Source: Candidatus Freyarchaeum deiterrae (GTDB lineage: Archaea > Asgardarchaeota > Jordiarchaeia > Jordiarchaeales > Jordiarchaeaceae). Taken from it: a stretch of DNA of 64,000 nt. The stretch covers positions 1,504,001-1,568,000 of the forward strand of contig CP147778.1 in assembly GCA_037305845.1 (NCBI GenBank), in the 5' to 3' direction. Numbering within the stretch: the stretch's first letter is position 1; every line of letters starts with the position of its first letter. The translations under genes and the position numbers were made by a program. Shown here one piece after another: positions 19,982-30,284 of the stretch. A model generated the notes under the pieces. That model was not told where the DNA came from. It did not search any database and saw only the letters and a program-made list of their open reading frames with translations.

Positions 19982-21148
19982 TTATTCCACTGAAAATTCG
20001 TCAGCCCATTCTTTGAACTTGACCAACTCCGAGGGGGAAACCACAGGCTTTACTCCCTGCAACGCCTCTAGAAAATCTTTACGATTTACAGGGCGCACCT
20101 TAACATTCTTATCAGTAAGCATACCATTCGCATCAAGCTCTCGGATAGGCATCATTAAAGCTTCCCTACATATCATGGCTATGTCGCTCCCCACATAGCC
20201 TTCTGTCAACTTCGCCATTTCTTTAAACTCTATGTCCTTTTCCAGCTCAACTCCTCGCGTATGTATTTTGAAAATTTCGTCTCTAGATTCTTCCTCAGGC
20301 ATGTTAATGTAAATTCTTTTTTCGAATCTCCTACGCAACGCTGGATCGAGCTCCCAAGGCACGTTAGTGGCTCCAAGAACAATTAGTCGATCCTTACTAT
20401 TTGAAGTCACTCCATCCATTTCCTGCATAAGCTGGGTTTTCAGCCTACGCTCCCCGCCTACTTCGTCTCCTTCACGCCTTGTTGCAACGCTATCAACTTC
20501 ATCAATGAAAACTATGGCGGGTTGCTTTGCGCGAGCAGTGTTGAAAAGTTCCCTCACCAGTTTTTCTGATTCACCTAACCACTTCGATACTATACTGGCT
20601 GCTGAAACATTAAAAAATGTAGCATTAACTTCTGATGCGACTGCTTTGGCAATTAGCGTTTTACCGCAACCGGGTGGACCGAATAACAATATACCTTTCC
20701 ATGGTTTTCGCGCTCCTTCGAATAGGTCTGGTCTCATTATTGGCAGAATTATCGCCTCTCTCAGAGCTTGTTTTGCAATGCTAAGATTTGCAATGTCGTT
20801 CCATTTAACGTCTGGTTTCTCTTCTATTATTATATCGGAAATTGCCTTTGATAATTCCGCCTCATCGTCTTCGCCTTCTTCTCTTGTTGTTACACTAGTT
20901 TTCTGCGAAGTGGTTGTACGGGGTGAACCGGAGCCCTTCTTAAGTTGTTTACAGCGTTTAACATATTTTTGTGCTCTCTCATAGTAAATTTGTCTCAGTT
21001 CAGGATTGTCGGTAAATTGTATGCATCTGAGTAGTATGTCAGCCGCTCTTAGATATTGTTCATAGGCTTGTTTATAATTTCCGCGGTTATCTTGTTCAAT
21101 TGCGTCTTGAGCTATTTGCGAAGCGTATTTAAACAGTTTTTCTGCCAT
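19982..21148 (-). CDS. vps4: Vps4-type AAA+ ATPase with MIT domain
   Basis: MIT domain (AQDAIEQDNRGNYKQAYEQY); EKPDVKWNDIA, PWKGILLFGPPGCGKT, SKWLGESEKLV, GATNVPWELDPALRRRFEKRIY. Confidence 0.92.
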   Translation of the reverse strand: MAEKLFKYASQIAQDAIEQDNRGNYKQAYEQYLRAADILLRCIQFTDNPELRQIYYERAQKYVKRCKQLKKGSGSPRTTTSQKTSVTTREEGEDDEAELSKAISDIIIEEKPDVKWNDIANLSIAKQALREAIILPIMRPDLFEGARKPWKGILLFGPPGCGKTLIAKAVASEVNATFFNVSAASIVSKWLGESEKLVRELFNTARAKQPAIVFIDEVDSVATRREGDEVGGERRLKTQLMQEMDGVTSNSKDRLIVLGATNVPWELDPALRRRFEKRIYINMPEEESRDEIFKIHTRGVELEKDIEFKEMAKLTEGYVGSDIAMICREALMMPIRELDANGMLTDKNVKVRPVNRKDFLEALQGVKPVVSPSELVKFKEWADEFSVE

Positions 21149-21321
21149 TTTTCCTCACTTACCTAGGTTTCTAGTTAATAAAGAGCTAGCCGAAAGTTAT
21201 TATTCTTTCTCTAAGTGCAATTCGGAAAAGCATTTCTTGAATAAAATCTCTTAAAAAGGAATATCTCTTGACGGAGAGAAATCCAATGTTGTGGCAGTAT
21301 TTTTAATTGCTGCGGGTTGTA

Positions 21322-22008
21322 TCATTCGTTTTTTTCTTTTGTGTATTTTTTTGGTAGTCTTTTGAAAGCGTAATAAAATCTCTGGAGAACTGTGAAATGA
21401 GTTAGAATGGCTAGTATGATAATTGCCCAATAAATAATAGGCTGTTGAGTGGGAAGCGTTGACGTTACGAATAGTACTCCTTGGATGAGAATTGCAACAC
21501 CCAGTATTACGAGTCGTTCTGGCCTTTCGGCTAACCCAATTCCTAAATTTTTTAGACCCGCTGCTTCCGCACGGGCTCTAGCGTAGCTCACCAAAAGGGC
21601 TCCAACTAGGGCAATAATTCCCCAGATAGTGTTGCAGTAACCCGCTATAATCAATGCTGCGAAAAAAAATACTTCAGTATAGCGGTCTAGCACCGAGTCT
21701 AGGAACCCGCCGAATGATGTTACCATACCCTTTGATCGAGCGACCAGCCCATCGAGTAAATCGCAGAATCCCACGCCAAATATAGTTATTGAAGTGAGAA
21801 TTAGTCTCCATCCTTCACCTATAAGATCAACGGGGTATATTAGGTTTCCAGCGATTAATACACCCCCAATAATAGAGAAAAGAAATCCTAAAATGGATAT
21901 GCGGTTAGGCGTTAATCCAATCCTAACCGCGCCGTCCGCTACCGGTAAAAATAATTTTGAAAGAGCCTCTTTGAATTTTCCCAGCAAACCATTACCTCCA
22001 GAAAGCAT
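21322..22008 (-). CDS. CDP-alcohol phosphatidyltransferase (archaetidylinositol-phosphate synthase-like)
   Basis: TPN, DLLDGLVAR..FGGFLDSVLDRY, SYARARAE, GLAERPER. Confidence 0.88.
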   Translation of the reverse strand: MLSGGNGLLGKFKEALSKLFLPVADGAVRIGLTPNRISILGFLFSIIGGVLIAGNLIYPVDLIGEGWRLILTSITIFGVGFCDLLDGLVARSKGMVTSFGGFLDSVLDRYTEVFFFAALIIAGYCNTIWGIIALVGALLVSYARARAEAAGLKNLGIGLAERPERLVILGVAILIQGVLFVTSTLPTQQPIIYWAIIILAILTHFTVLQRFYYAFKRLPKKYTKEKNE

Positions 22009-22074
22009 AATTTATCTCAATAGATGGGAGAATTATGAAGGTCGTATTTCTTTATTTATGAAGTTGTGCTTTTT

Positions 22075-23703
22075 CTATTGATAAGCTTCTCGTAATCTTT
22101 TAAGAAGCAAGCTTCTATCCATTAGTAGTATAAATGAACCAAGTCTTGGACCTTGTTTTTGTCCGAATAGAACTAGATAAATCAGTTGGAAAAACTTTTT
22201 AGAACCCAAATCTGCCTCTTCTTTCGCAACGCGATAAAGAATATTTTCTAATTCATTCTCTGTAAGTTCTCTGTCACCTAATCTTTCAACAAGTACCCTC
22301 AAGGCATCCTTTTCTTCTTCTTTGAGCTGTTGCTTTAGGGTAAGAGGAAGTTCCTCGAGAACTTTCAACTTTAATCTCTCGGGTGCGTATTTCTCAAGCC
22401 AAGCTTTAGCTTCATTCAGTCTTTTTTCAATTCTAATTTTATCCTCTTCAGAAGGTTCACCGCTGAGAAGACCAGTAGTTTTGAGTTTTGTTATCGCATC
22501 CTCTAGAAGCTTTTCTTTAGAAAGAGTTTGTATTAGAGTCACAGCGTGGGCATATCTTAGCTGGAAAGGTAGAACTTTGGGCGGCAATCTAAGCTGAGAC
22601 AGTTCGTAACTTCTTCTCATCTCGAATTCTTCTTTTTCCTGCGTAACTTTTTCAACTCCATAGTATACTCTCTCCGCTTGATCATAAATCTCGGAGTGCT
22701 CAGGGACTCGTGATACGTCTATAACTACCCTTTTCATAGGCTTATTTTTCAGGTAGAGATATCTAAGAACCTCCGGCTCCGACACTTCTAACCAATCAGC
22801 TGGCGTAATACCCAAAAAATCGCTGGAACCCATGTCACCCATATCTTTACCATCCACAGAGAAACCAACCCATTCGTAAGGATAACCAAAAGGCGGCTTC
22901 CTTTCAAAAATTTTTTCAACTATCTCGACACAACTGTCACGAGAGCCACCCGGAGTAGCATGATCCTTACCGTACGGTTCGAAACTTACATTAAAAAGCG
23001 CCCACAGAGCAGACCATTCCACACGCCAATTAAGTTTTCCGTCCTCCATACTTGAAACCCCTTGAGCTCCACAATGGTTGCAAACGTATTCAACCTTATA
23101 GTCATCAAGGTTTACACTTAGGATCTTATGTTGACCAATGGTAAGACACTCGTTACAAAAGGTCTCGAAGGGTATCCAATCTTTAGGATAGGGAGTTCTA
23201 CCTCTGTACTTGTTAATAACCTGTCTAAGCTCTTCTTTCCGCTGAATGGTTTTTCTGACAAGCTCTTTCATCCCTTCAGTTTTGTAAAGGTCAGTAGTTG
23301 AAACAGTTTTGACTCCAATAGAAAAACTATTTAAACAGTCTCTGAAGGGAGACCAATAGTGTTCTACCCAGTTATTGTGGCAACCAAAAGGGTCGGGGAC
23401 ATCAATCAAACGCCTGCTGCGATACTTTTCAGCTTCCTCTTTGTCAGAAAACTGCCCTAGTTGGGCTCCCTTGCCCTTCCACTGATCCTGTGTATAAAGA
23501 ACCAAAAAGTGTTCTGTTTCTTTCCCCATTCTTAAAAGTTCTTCCTTCACCGTATTCGTAAGAACAATTTCGCCACGAAGACGACCAAGATGTTGCAGTC
23601 CAGAAACAGACATTCCACAACTGCAAACGTAAAGCTCCCGATCTTTCCAGTACTCAACAATGTTTTCCACTGTTTCATCGATCCAATGCCAATATTTTTC
23701 CAA
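22075..23703 (-). CDS. lysS: Class I lysyl-tRNA synthetase
   Basis: HW, SVSGLQHLG, KLNWRVEW, FEPYGKDH, GPRLGSF. Confidence 0.93.
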   Translation of the reverse strand: MEKYWHWIDETVENIVEYWKDRELYVCSCGMSVSGLQHLGRLRGEIVLTNTVKEELLRMGKETEHFLVLYTQDQWKGKGAQLGQFSDKEEAEKYRSRRLIDVPDPFGCHNNWVEHYWSPFRDCLNSFSIGVKTVSTTDLYKTEGMKELVRKTIQRKEELRQVINKYRGRTPYPKDWIPFETFCNECLTIGQHKILSVNLDDYKVEYVCNHCGAQGVSSMEDGKLNWRVEWSALWALFNVSFEPYGKDHATPGGSRDSCVEIVEKIFERKPPFGYPYEWVGFSVDGKDMGDMGSSDFLGITPADWLEVSEPEVLRYLYLKNKPMKRVVIDVSRVPEHSEIYDQAERVYYGVEKVTQEKEEFEMRRSYELSQLRLPPKVLPFQLRYAHAVTLIQTLSKEKLLEDAITKLKTTGLLSGEPSEEDKIRIEKRLNEAKAWLEKYAPERLKLKVLEELPLTLKQQLKEEEKDALRVLVERLGDRELTENELENILYRVAKEEADLGSKKFFQLIYLVLFGQKQGPRLGSFILLMDRSLLLKRLREAYQ

Positions 23704-23884
23704 TACACTACCTTCTTAACCTTTTACATCATCGAAACAAACACGTATTAGTAAATCTTTCGGACAAATGCAATTTTGCTTAAAAATTAATTTCAAGGGG
23801 AAGATGATGGAAACATTTTTGTTATACTAAACATGTTTAGAAAAATTTAAGTATTTGTATGAATCGCATTCATATGAGTTTTAA

Positions 23885-24048
23885 GCGGCCTTGGTCTAGT
23901 GGCTAGGATTCCAGCCTGCCACACCCTACCCCAAGGTAGGTGGGCGAAGCTGGTGATAATCGAAGCTTAGGTTTCCTTTACTAGGCGCCCGGGTTCGAAA
24001 AAATGTAAGGGATATCCCCCTTTTCTGAAACTCCCGGAGGCCGCACCA
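23885..24048 (+). tRNA. tRNA-Gly(GCC), three introns (anticodon loop 38/39 best fit at 23923-23948; 45/46 at 23956-23986; 59/60 at 24000-24031)
   Basis: Acceptor GCGGCCT/AGGCCGC+A+CCA. BHB central helices TGCC/GGCG, CTGG/CTAG, TTCG/TGAA. Confidence 0.88.
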
Positions 24049-24067
24049 ATTAAACTTGCTGTATTAT

Positions 24068-24766
24068 TCATTTTTTGTTTGAATTCTTATTTAGGACTAT
24101 TTCTTCGTAGCAGTATAGGGTTCTTGAGACAACTATCCAAGTGTCTAGGGTTTCATGGGATATTGATATCTTTTTATCGGATAGATTTAATGTCTTTTGA
24201 GAGAAGTCTCCGTGGGGGAAGCCACCTATTATTATCACTGGATTTTCTTGTTTTGAGCATTCATTCATGATTGGTTTTAGTTTTGAAAAGGTTCCTTTTT
24301 CTGTGAACATTATTGTTTCAGATGGTTTCAAATTTTTGATTAGGGTTTCTAGAGTCATTTTTTCCAAGGTTAATAGCGGAGGCCCCTCTGGGGGCACCTT
24401 TCCGAGATTGTAAAGTTGTTCCATGAGACCGATGAATCGGTTGTAATTTTTTGGTAGTCTGGTTTGGGGGTCTATTCTGATTACTAAATCTTGGACAGTG
24501 TGAACGAATATTTGTAGAAACCCGCGTTTGTTTAGGGGAGTGCCCAATGCTGCGAGTAGGGAGAGATGTACGATATCCGGACGCCCCCTTTTTTCAGGGT
24601 TTGGTAGCTTCTGTAAGATTCGGCGGTGTAAGGAGACATCTAGTATTGTTCCGTCTTTCTTTCTCTCCTTTTTTCCTAGAGGTTTATTAAGGCCGTATCT
24701 CTCATTTTTGGGAGAAATGGTTTCTAAGGAGGATTCGGCCAAGATTAGTGTTAGCATTTTTCCCAC
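24068..24766 (-). CDS. nep1: 16S rRNA pseudouridine methyltransferase Nep1/Emg1
   Basis: LILAESSLE, RGRPDIVH, RLPKNYNRFIGLMEQL, IGGFPHGDF. Confidence 0.93.
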   Translation of the reverse strand: MGKMLTLILAESSLETISPKNERYGLNKPLGKKERKKDGTILDVSLHRRILQKLPNPEKRGRPDIVHLSLLAALGTPLNKRGFLQIFVHTVQDLVIRIDPQTRLPKNYNRFIGLMEQLYNLGKVPPEGPPLLTLEKMTLETLIKNLKPSETIMFTEKGTFSKLKPIMNECSKQENPVIIIGGFPHGDFSQKTLNLSDKKISISHETLDTWIVVSRTLYCYEEIVLNKNSNKK

Positions 24767-24928
24767 TTTTATTGAAAGAGTAATCTTTAAAACATGTATA
24801 TGAGTTTTTCATTTGATTAAATGTTGGTTAATAATTGATATTTTGATTGTTAAATCCGTTGTTATAAGGTTATTATGTTTAATTATTTTAGATATTGTTT
24901 CTGACTGCTGATGTTCGGTGATACTTTT

Positions 24929-25247
24929 GATGTCTAGGTCAAAGAAGCGTAGAAGGATAGAGGTCGAGAGGATTTCCAAAGAGAGGATAGAATATTTGAT
25001 GAGCCTAGCGGATGAAGTGTTTTTACAGGATCCGAATAGAGCGCAACGTTACGTGGATTTGAGTTTGAGGATAGCTATGAGAAACAGAGTTAGGCTTCCC
25101 AGAGTTTGGCGCAGGAGGATTTGTCATAATTGTAAGGCTTTTCTCTGGCCTGGTGTTAATTGCAGGATTAGATTGAGAAAAAGACGCCAGCATCATGTAG
25201 TGGTAACCTGTTTTAACTGCGGGCACTATACACGTTATAATATTTAG
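24929..25247 (+). CDS. rnp4: RNase P protein Rpp21 (component 4)
   Basis: ERI..L, RYV, ICHNC..L.PG, TCFNCG zinc ribbon. Confidence 0.9.
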
Positions 25248-25259
25248 GAGTTCTAGAGG

Positions 25260-25526
25260 ATGGAAAAAAGGAACAGTGAAATAATCAAGGAGATAAGAAG
25301 CAAATCGGCGGCCCTCATCTTGGGTAAGAACGGAGTAACAGAGGAATTTATTGGGGAGGTTAAAAGGCAGTTAAAAAGAAAAAAGGTATTAAAAATTAAA
25401 GTGCTAAAGAGCTTACTGGTCGAAAAAAGTGTGGATGAGTTTGCCTCGGAGGTAGCAGCAAAATCGAATTCCAAGCTTTTAGAAACTAGGGGATACACCA
25501 TGCTGCTTGCTAGGAGCCGTTTTTAA
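25260..25526 (+). CDS. YhbY/CRM RNA-binding protein
   Basis: LGKNGVTEEFIGEVKRQL...LKIKVL..RGYT; usual position before eS19. Confidence 0.85.
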   Translation: MEKRNSEIIKEIRSKSAALILGKNGVTEEFIGEVKRQLKRKKVLKIKVLKSLLVEKSVDEFASEVAAKSNSKLLETRGYTMLLARSRF

Positions 25527-25616
25527 TTAATACGTCATGTTTATATAATCTTCGGGAAAGATGTTAATAGCTTTATGTTACTATACACTAACGCCCTATT
25601 GAATGGTGAAATGTGA

Positions 25617-26057
25617 ATGTCAACAGTTTACGATGTACCCGCATGGAAACTTATTGTAGAGGTAGCGGAAATTCTTAAAAAGGATCACCCAGAGGTCACA
25701 CCGCCACAGTATTCCCAGTTTTGGAAGACCGGCATATTTAAGGAGAGAGCGCCGGAAAGGCCAGACTGGTGGTGGATTCGATGCGCGTCTATACTTAGAA
25801 AAGTATATTTGACTGGCCCCGTGGGGATCTCGAGGATGAGAACAGTCTACGGCGGAAGAAATAGAAGGGATGTTAAATTAGCACACTTTGCGAGAGGCAG
25901 TGGCTCAATAATAAGAAAAGCATTCCAGCAACTTCATAAAGCGGGTTTGCTTGAAATAACGGAGGGAAAAGGAAGAAGAATCAGTGGAAAGGGAAAATCG
26001 CTACTAGATAGGGCTTCCCATCAAGTTAATCTGAAATTAGAAAAGGTAGCATCTTAA
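25617..26057 (+). CDS. rps19e: Ribosomal protein eS19
   Basis: TVYDVPA, KTG..KE..P...WWWIRCASILRK, GSGSIIRK. Confidence 0.96.
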   Translation: MSTVYDVPAWKLIVEVAEILKKDHPEVTPPQYSQFWKTGIFKERAPERPDWWWIRCASILRKVYLTGPVGISRMRTVYGGRNRRDVKLAHFARGSGSIIRKAFQQLHKAGLLEITEGKGRRISGKGKSLLDRASHQVNLKLEKVAS

Positions 26058-26073
26058 AAGATGTAGTAAGGAT

Positions 26074-26415
26074 GTGGCTTCTTTGTCAGGTGAAGAAGAA
26101 ATAGATGAAATTAAGAAGCGTAGAATGTTACAACTCCAGCAGCAAATAATTGAGGCTCAAAGGCAGGAAAAGGCTCAAAGGGAATATGAAACCCAGAAGC
26201 AAGCAGCTCTCAGACAAATACTGACACCGGAAGCCAGAAGCAGGCTCACCAATCTTAAAATGGTTAAACCAGAGTTTGCCGACCAAATAGAAATTCAACT
26301 CATTCAGTTAGCACAATCAGGAAGGATTAATGCGCCTCTAACCGATGAACAACTTAAAACGATACTTAAACAGTTACAGGAAAAAAAGAGAGAGACGAAG
26401 ATAAAATACAGATAA
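26074..26415 (+). CDS. PDCD5-family dsDNA-binding protein
   Basis: LRQILTPEARSRL.NL.MVKPE.A..IE.QLIQLAQSGR. Confidence 0.92.
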   Translation: MASLSGEEEIDEIKKRRMLQLQQQIIEAQRQEKAQREYETQKQAALRQILTPEARSRLTNLKMVKPEFADQIEIQLIQLAQSGRINAPLTDEQLKTILKQLQEKKRETKIKYR

Positions 26416-26429
26416 GGAGATAACCTACC

Positions 26430-26585
26430 ATGGCCAGAAATAAGCCCCTAGCAAAAAAGCTTAGACTAGGAAAAGCGGGTAAACAAAACCAAGGAACCCC
26501 AACTTGGATCATAGTTAAAACAAGAGGTCGGGTGAGAACTCATCCGAAGCGCAGAAATTGGAGATCCAGCCACCTTCAGAGGTGA
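26430..26585 (+). CDS. rpl39e: Ribosomal protein eL39 (not in ORF track)
   Basis: Manual translation [51 protein letters not shown]. Confidence 0.95.
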   Translation: MARNKPLAKKLRLGKAGKQNQGTPTWIIVKTRGRVRTHPKRRNWRSSHLQR

Positions 26586-26590
26586 AATGA

Positions 26591-26989
26591 ATGTCTAAAG
26601 AGAAGACTGCAAAAAAGAAGACTGCTGAAGAGAAGACGAAGACTACGAAAGTAAAGACTGCAAAAAAGAAGATTTCTGAAGAGAAAGAAGAGAAGACTTC
26701 AGAAGAAAGAGCTCCCAGTGCAGAAAAAAAGATTGTATTAGAACGTGTTTATACGGTTCCGCTCAAAGACGCGAGATATGTTGCTCCGAATCGCAGAGCT
26801 AGTAAGGCAATAAGAATTTTGAAAAAGTTTATTGAAAGGCACCTCAAGGCAGGGAGCATTGTTATTCTTCCAGAGGTAAATGAAAAAATATGGGAGAGGG
26901 GCATAAAAAAGCCTCCACGTAAGATTAGAGTAAAGGCTTCCAAGGATGAAGATGGTTTAGTGGAAGTAGCTCTTGCTGTTGAGGAGTAA
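26591..26989 (+). CDS. rpl31e: Ribosomal protein eL31 with Lys/Glu/Thr-rich N-terminal extension
   Basis: ERVYTVPL, RRASKAI, VNEKIWERGIKKPPRKIRV. Confidence 0.93.
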   Translation: MSKEKTAKKKTAEEKTKTTKVKTAKKKISEEKEEKTSEERAPSAEKKIVLERVYTVPLKDARYVAPNRRASKAIRILKKFIERHLKAGSIVILPEVNEKIWERGIKKPPRKIRVKASKDEDGLVEVALAVEE

Positions 26990-27005
26990 GCGGGGTAGAC
27001 CCTAT

Positions 27006-27674
27006 TTGGTTATTATGAGGAGTAGCGTTTTTGGCGATTCTAACATAGGCGTATTTTTATTGGTTACTGAAAACTATGCTATTTTACCGAAAAGTAGGCC
27101 AATAACCAATAAGAGATTGATTGAAAGAGCTCTTAACGTGGAGATTGTTGAAACAAATATAGGACAAAGCTTTATTATCGGTGTTTTGGCAGCTGGAAAT
27201 TCTGGTGGTTTAGTGGTTCCAGAGTTTACTAGCGATGAGGAAATTGAAAATATTAAACAGCATCTCGATATTAATATTGAGAGAGTACCGGGAAAAATCA
27301 ATGCCTTGGGAAACACGATTCTTGTGAATGATAATGCAGCTTTGGTTCACCCAGGGTTTAGTGAGGAAGCCATAAATGTTATAAAGAAAAACCTAAATGT
27401 TGATGTTTACCAAGGAAATATCGCGGAGTCTCCCTTGGTTAGCTCAGTAGCGGTTGCAACAAACAGCGGGATTTTGGCTCATCCCTTAACAGATGATAAA
27501 ACTTTGGAATGGCTTAGCGAAAAATTCAATACACCTGCAAATGTAGGAACAATTAATTGTGGTTATCCGTATGTAAAAATTGGTCTGGTGGCAAACACTA
27601 AGGGAGCCTTGGCGGGTAAAGAAACCACAGGTCCTGAACTATTTCAAATAGGTCAAGCGCTAAATCTTGAATAG
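27006..27674 (+). CDS. eif6: Translation initiation factor 6
   Basis: NIGVF, GVLAAGNS, ALGNTILVND, GTINCG, TTGPEL. Start codon uncertain (27006 or 27015). Confidence 0.93.
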   Translation: MVIMRSSVFGDSNIGVFLLVTENYAILPKSRPITNKRLIERALNVEIVETNIGQSFIIGVLAAGNSGGLVVPEFTSDEEIENIKQHLDINIERVPGKINALGNTILVNDNAALVHPGFSEEAINVIKKNLNVDVYQGNIAESPLVSSVAVATNSGILAHPLTDDKTLEWLSEKFNTPANVGTINCGYPYVKIGLVANTKGALAGKETTGPELFQIGQALNLE

Positions 27675-27691
27675 AGCAGGAGAGATAAAAC

Positions 27692-27940
27692 ATGTCGAAG
27701 GAACCCGAAGTAAAAATATTCAGAGTAAAAGGAAAGATTGTCGGAAAAAGAGAAAAAATTCCATTTATTAGAGAGATTAGAGCATTAAACGAAGAAGATG
27801 CGAAAGAAATTGTATATTCAGAAATTGGAAGCAAACACAAAGTTATTAGAAAACACATTCAAGTAGAAGAGATAAAAACCATAGATCCGAAAGAAAGCAA
27901 AGACCCAATTATAAGACATCTTTCAGGTTTGGAGAGGTAG
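27692..27940 (+). CDS. rpl18a: Ribosomal protein eL20 (L18a/LX)
   Basis: KIFRVKG, F.REIRA...A.E.VYSEIGSKHKV. Confidence 0.92.
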   Translation: MSKEPEVKIFRVKGKIVGKREKIPFIREIRALNEEDAKEIVYSEIGSKHKVIRKHIQVEEIKTIDPKESKDPIIRHLSGLER

Positions 27941-27944
27941 TAAC

Positions 27945-28367
27945 ATGTCAGAGGATGAACGTAATTTAGAAAAAATACTTGTAGAATTGAATACTTATGA
28001 ACAACAGGCTCAAATTCTGCAGAGAAGAATAGACCTGATAAATTCTTCACTTCAGGAAATAGCGTTAACCAGTGAGTCTCTAGAGGAACTCAAAAATATC
28101 GAAGAGGATAATGAGGTTCTTATGCCCTTGGGATCTGGTATCTATGTTAAAGCAAGAGTAGTTGAGAGAAAAAAAGTGATATTCAGTCTTGGAGCGGATA
28201 TAGTTGCAGACAGAGATATTACGGGTGCACAGCTCAGCCTAGATCAGAGATCTATGGCTCTTCAAAATGCGCTGCAGAACACTGGGCAACAGTTGCAGCA
28301 GATGGCTGGTAGGATGAACGAATTAAACAGAACAGCGCAAGCTCTTGCCAACAAAGTGAAGAGCTAA
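27945..28367 (+). CDS. pfdA: Prefoldin alpha subunit
   Basis: Coiled coils flanking EVLMPLGSGIYVKA..V...LGA; conserved position before ftsY. Confidence 0.9.
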   Translation: MSEDERNLEKILVELNTYEQQAQILQRRIDLINSSLQEIALTSESLEELKNIEEDNEVLMPLGSGIYVKARVVERKKVIFSLGADIVADRDITGAQLSLDQRSMALQNALQNTGQQLQQMAGRMNELNRTAQALANKVKS

Positions 28368-28452
28368 AACTTTTAAAAATCTAATTTATTTTTAAAACTG
28401 TATTCTAATTTGCCTAATTGTTTTTATTCATATATTCTGCGGGGAACACTCA

Positions 28453-29361
28453 GTGTTTGATAAGTTCAAGACAAGTTTGGGTAAAGTGGTTGAGAAGCTG
28501 AGTACGAAGGAATTAAGCGATAAAAGCTTGGATGAAGTTTTGTGGGATTTGCAGCTAACTCTTATTCAAAACGATGTATCGGTAAAAGTTGCAGAATTGA
28601 TAGCAAATGATGTGAAAAAAGAGTTAATGGGAGAAAGGGTCGGCAGATTTGAGAACACTCGTGAGAGAGTTAATGCTGCTCTAGAAAAGGCAATCTATAA
28701 TGTTCTTTCCAGTAAACAGAATATTGATATTTTCCAAATGGCGAAAGAAAAGAAATCAGAGAAAAAACCACTCACAATAGTTGTTGTGGGAATAAATGGT
28801 ACTGGAAAGACCACCACAATAGCTAAGCTCGCTTACGCCTTTCAAAAAAATGGTTTCAATTGTGTTTTAGCCGCAGCAGACACCTATAGAGCGGGCAGCA
28901 TTGAACAAATAGAAAAGCATGCCAAAAATCTCGGTATCAGAGTAATAAAACACGATTATCATTCCGACGCAGCATCTGTGGCATTTGATGCCGTCAAACA
29001 TGCAGAGGCCCGAAATATTAATGTTGTTTTAATTGATACAGCTGGGAGAATACAGACCAATGTGAATCTGCTGGATGAGATGAAAAAGATTATACGCATA
29101 GTTAATCCAGATATAAAAATATTCATAGGCGACGCCCTAACCGGAAATGACGCGGTGGATCAGGCGGAGAAGTTTAATGAAGCAATTCAATTTGATGCTT
29201 CCATAATAGCTAAAGTTGATGCTGATACAAAAGGCGGAGTAGCTCTCTCAATTTCTTACGCTACTAAAAAGCCTATAATTTTCGTAGGAACCGGTCAAAA
29301 ATATAGTGACTTAGAACCCTTTAATCCAGAATGGTTTACAAATAAAATTTTGGGAAAATAG
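28453..29361 (+). CDS. ftsY: SRP receptor FtsY
   Basis: GINGTGKTTTIAKL, DTYRAG, DTAGR, GTGQ.Y.DL. Confidence 0.95.
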   Translation: MFDKFKTSLGKVVEKLSTKELSDKSLDEVLWDLQLTLIQNDVSVKVAELIANDVKKELMGERVGRFENTRERVNAALEKAIYNVLSSKQNIDIFQMAKEKKSEKKPLTIVVVGINGTGKTTTIAKLAYAFQKNGFNCVLAAADTYRAGSIEQIEKHAKNLGIRVIKHDYHSDAASVAFDAVKHAEARNINVVLIDTAGRIQTNVNLLDEMKKIIRIVNPDIKIFIGDALTGNDAVDQAEKFNEAIQFDASIIAKVDADTKGGVALSISYATKKPIIFVGTGQKYSDLEPFNPEWFTNKILGK

Positions 29362-29372
29362 GGGGAACTTTT

Positions 29373-30284
29373 TTGGTTAGGCATTTCCTTACTTTGAACG
29401 ATTTTTCTTCTGAGGAGATTCATAAACTCATAACTACCGCGGAAAAACTCAAGACCGGAAAGGAAAAGCCTAAAGTCCTTAAAGAAAAAAACATTGCCGC
29501 AATCTTTGAGAAGACCTCCACCAGAACCCGGGTTTCATTTGAGGTTGCGGTTAGCCAGTTGGGAGGAAACTTCATTTTTTTAAGGGCGGACGAACTCCAA
29601 CTCAGTAGAGGCGAACCTGTTAAGGATACCGCTCGAGTTCTGGGCCGCTACGTGGACGGCATAGTAGCTAGAGTCTACAAACATGATGACTTACTAGAAC
29701 TAGCAAAATATTCAGGTGTACCAGTAATAAACGCGTTGAGTAATCTTTACCACCCATGCCAAATATTAGCCGACCTTCTGACCATTAAAGAAAAGAAGAA
29801 AAAGTTGGAAGGATTGAAACTAGCGTATATAGGTGATGGAAACAACGTTTGCAACTCTCTCTTAATAGGTTGCACAAAAATCGGCTTAAATATTAGCATT
29901 GGATCGCCCAAAAAATACGAACCTAAGAAGGAAATAGTAGAAAAGGCTAAGAATAATTCTGAAAAAGCAGGATCAAAGGTTGAAATAACTAACTCTCCAC
30001 AAGAAGCAGTAAGGGACGCAGATATAGTCTATACCGACGTATTCGTAAGCATGGGCGACGAAAAAGAAAGCGAGGAAAGAATGAAAACATTTCTTCCGGA
30101 TTTTCAAGTTAACGCCAAACTACTAAAAAACGCTTCGCCAGACGCTATAGTTATGCATTGCTTACCAGCACATAGAGGACAAGAAATAACCGATGAGGTA
30201 CTAGAGGGAAAACAGTCAGTTGTCTGGGACCAAGCAGAAAACAGATTACACGCACAAAAAGCTATTTTCATCTACTTGTTTTAA
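29373..30284 (+). CDS. argF: Ornithine carbamoyltransferase
   Basis: STRTRVSF, HPCQILAD, SMG, HCLPAHRG, QAENR. Confidence 0.95.
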   Translation: MVRHFLTLNDFSSEEIHKLITTAEKLKTGKEKPKVLKEKNIAAIFEKTSTRTRVSFEVAVSQLGGNFIFLRADELQLSRGEPVKDTARVLGRYVDGIVARVYKHDDLLELAKYSGVPVINALSNLYHPCQILADLLTIKEKKKKLEGLKLAYIGDGNNVCNSLLIGCTKIGLNISIGSPKKYEPKKEIVEKAKNNSEKAGSKVEITNSPQEAVRDADIVYTDVFVSMGDEKESEERMKTFLPDFQVNAKLLKNASPDAIVMHCLPAHRGQEITDEVLEGKQSVVWDQAENRLHAQKAIFIYLF

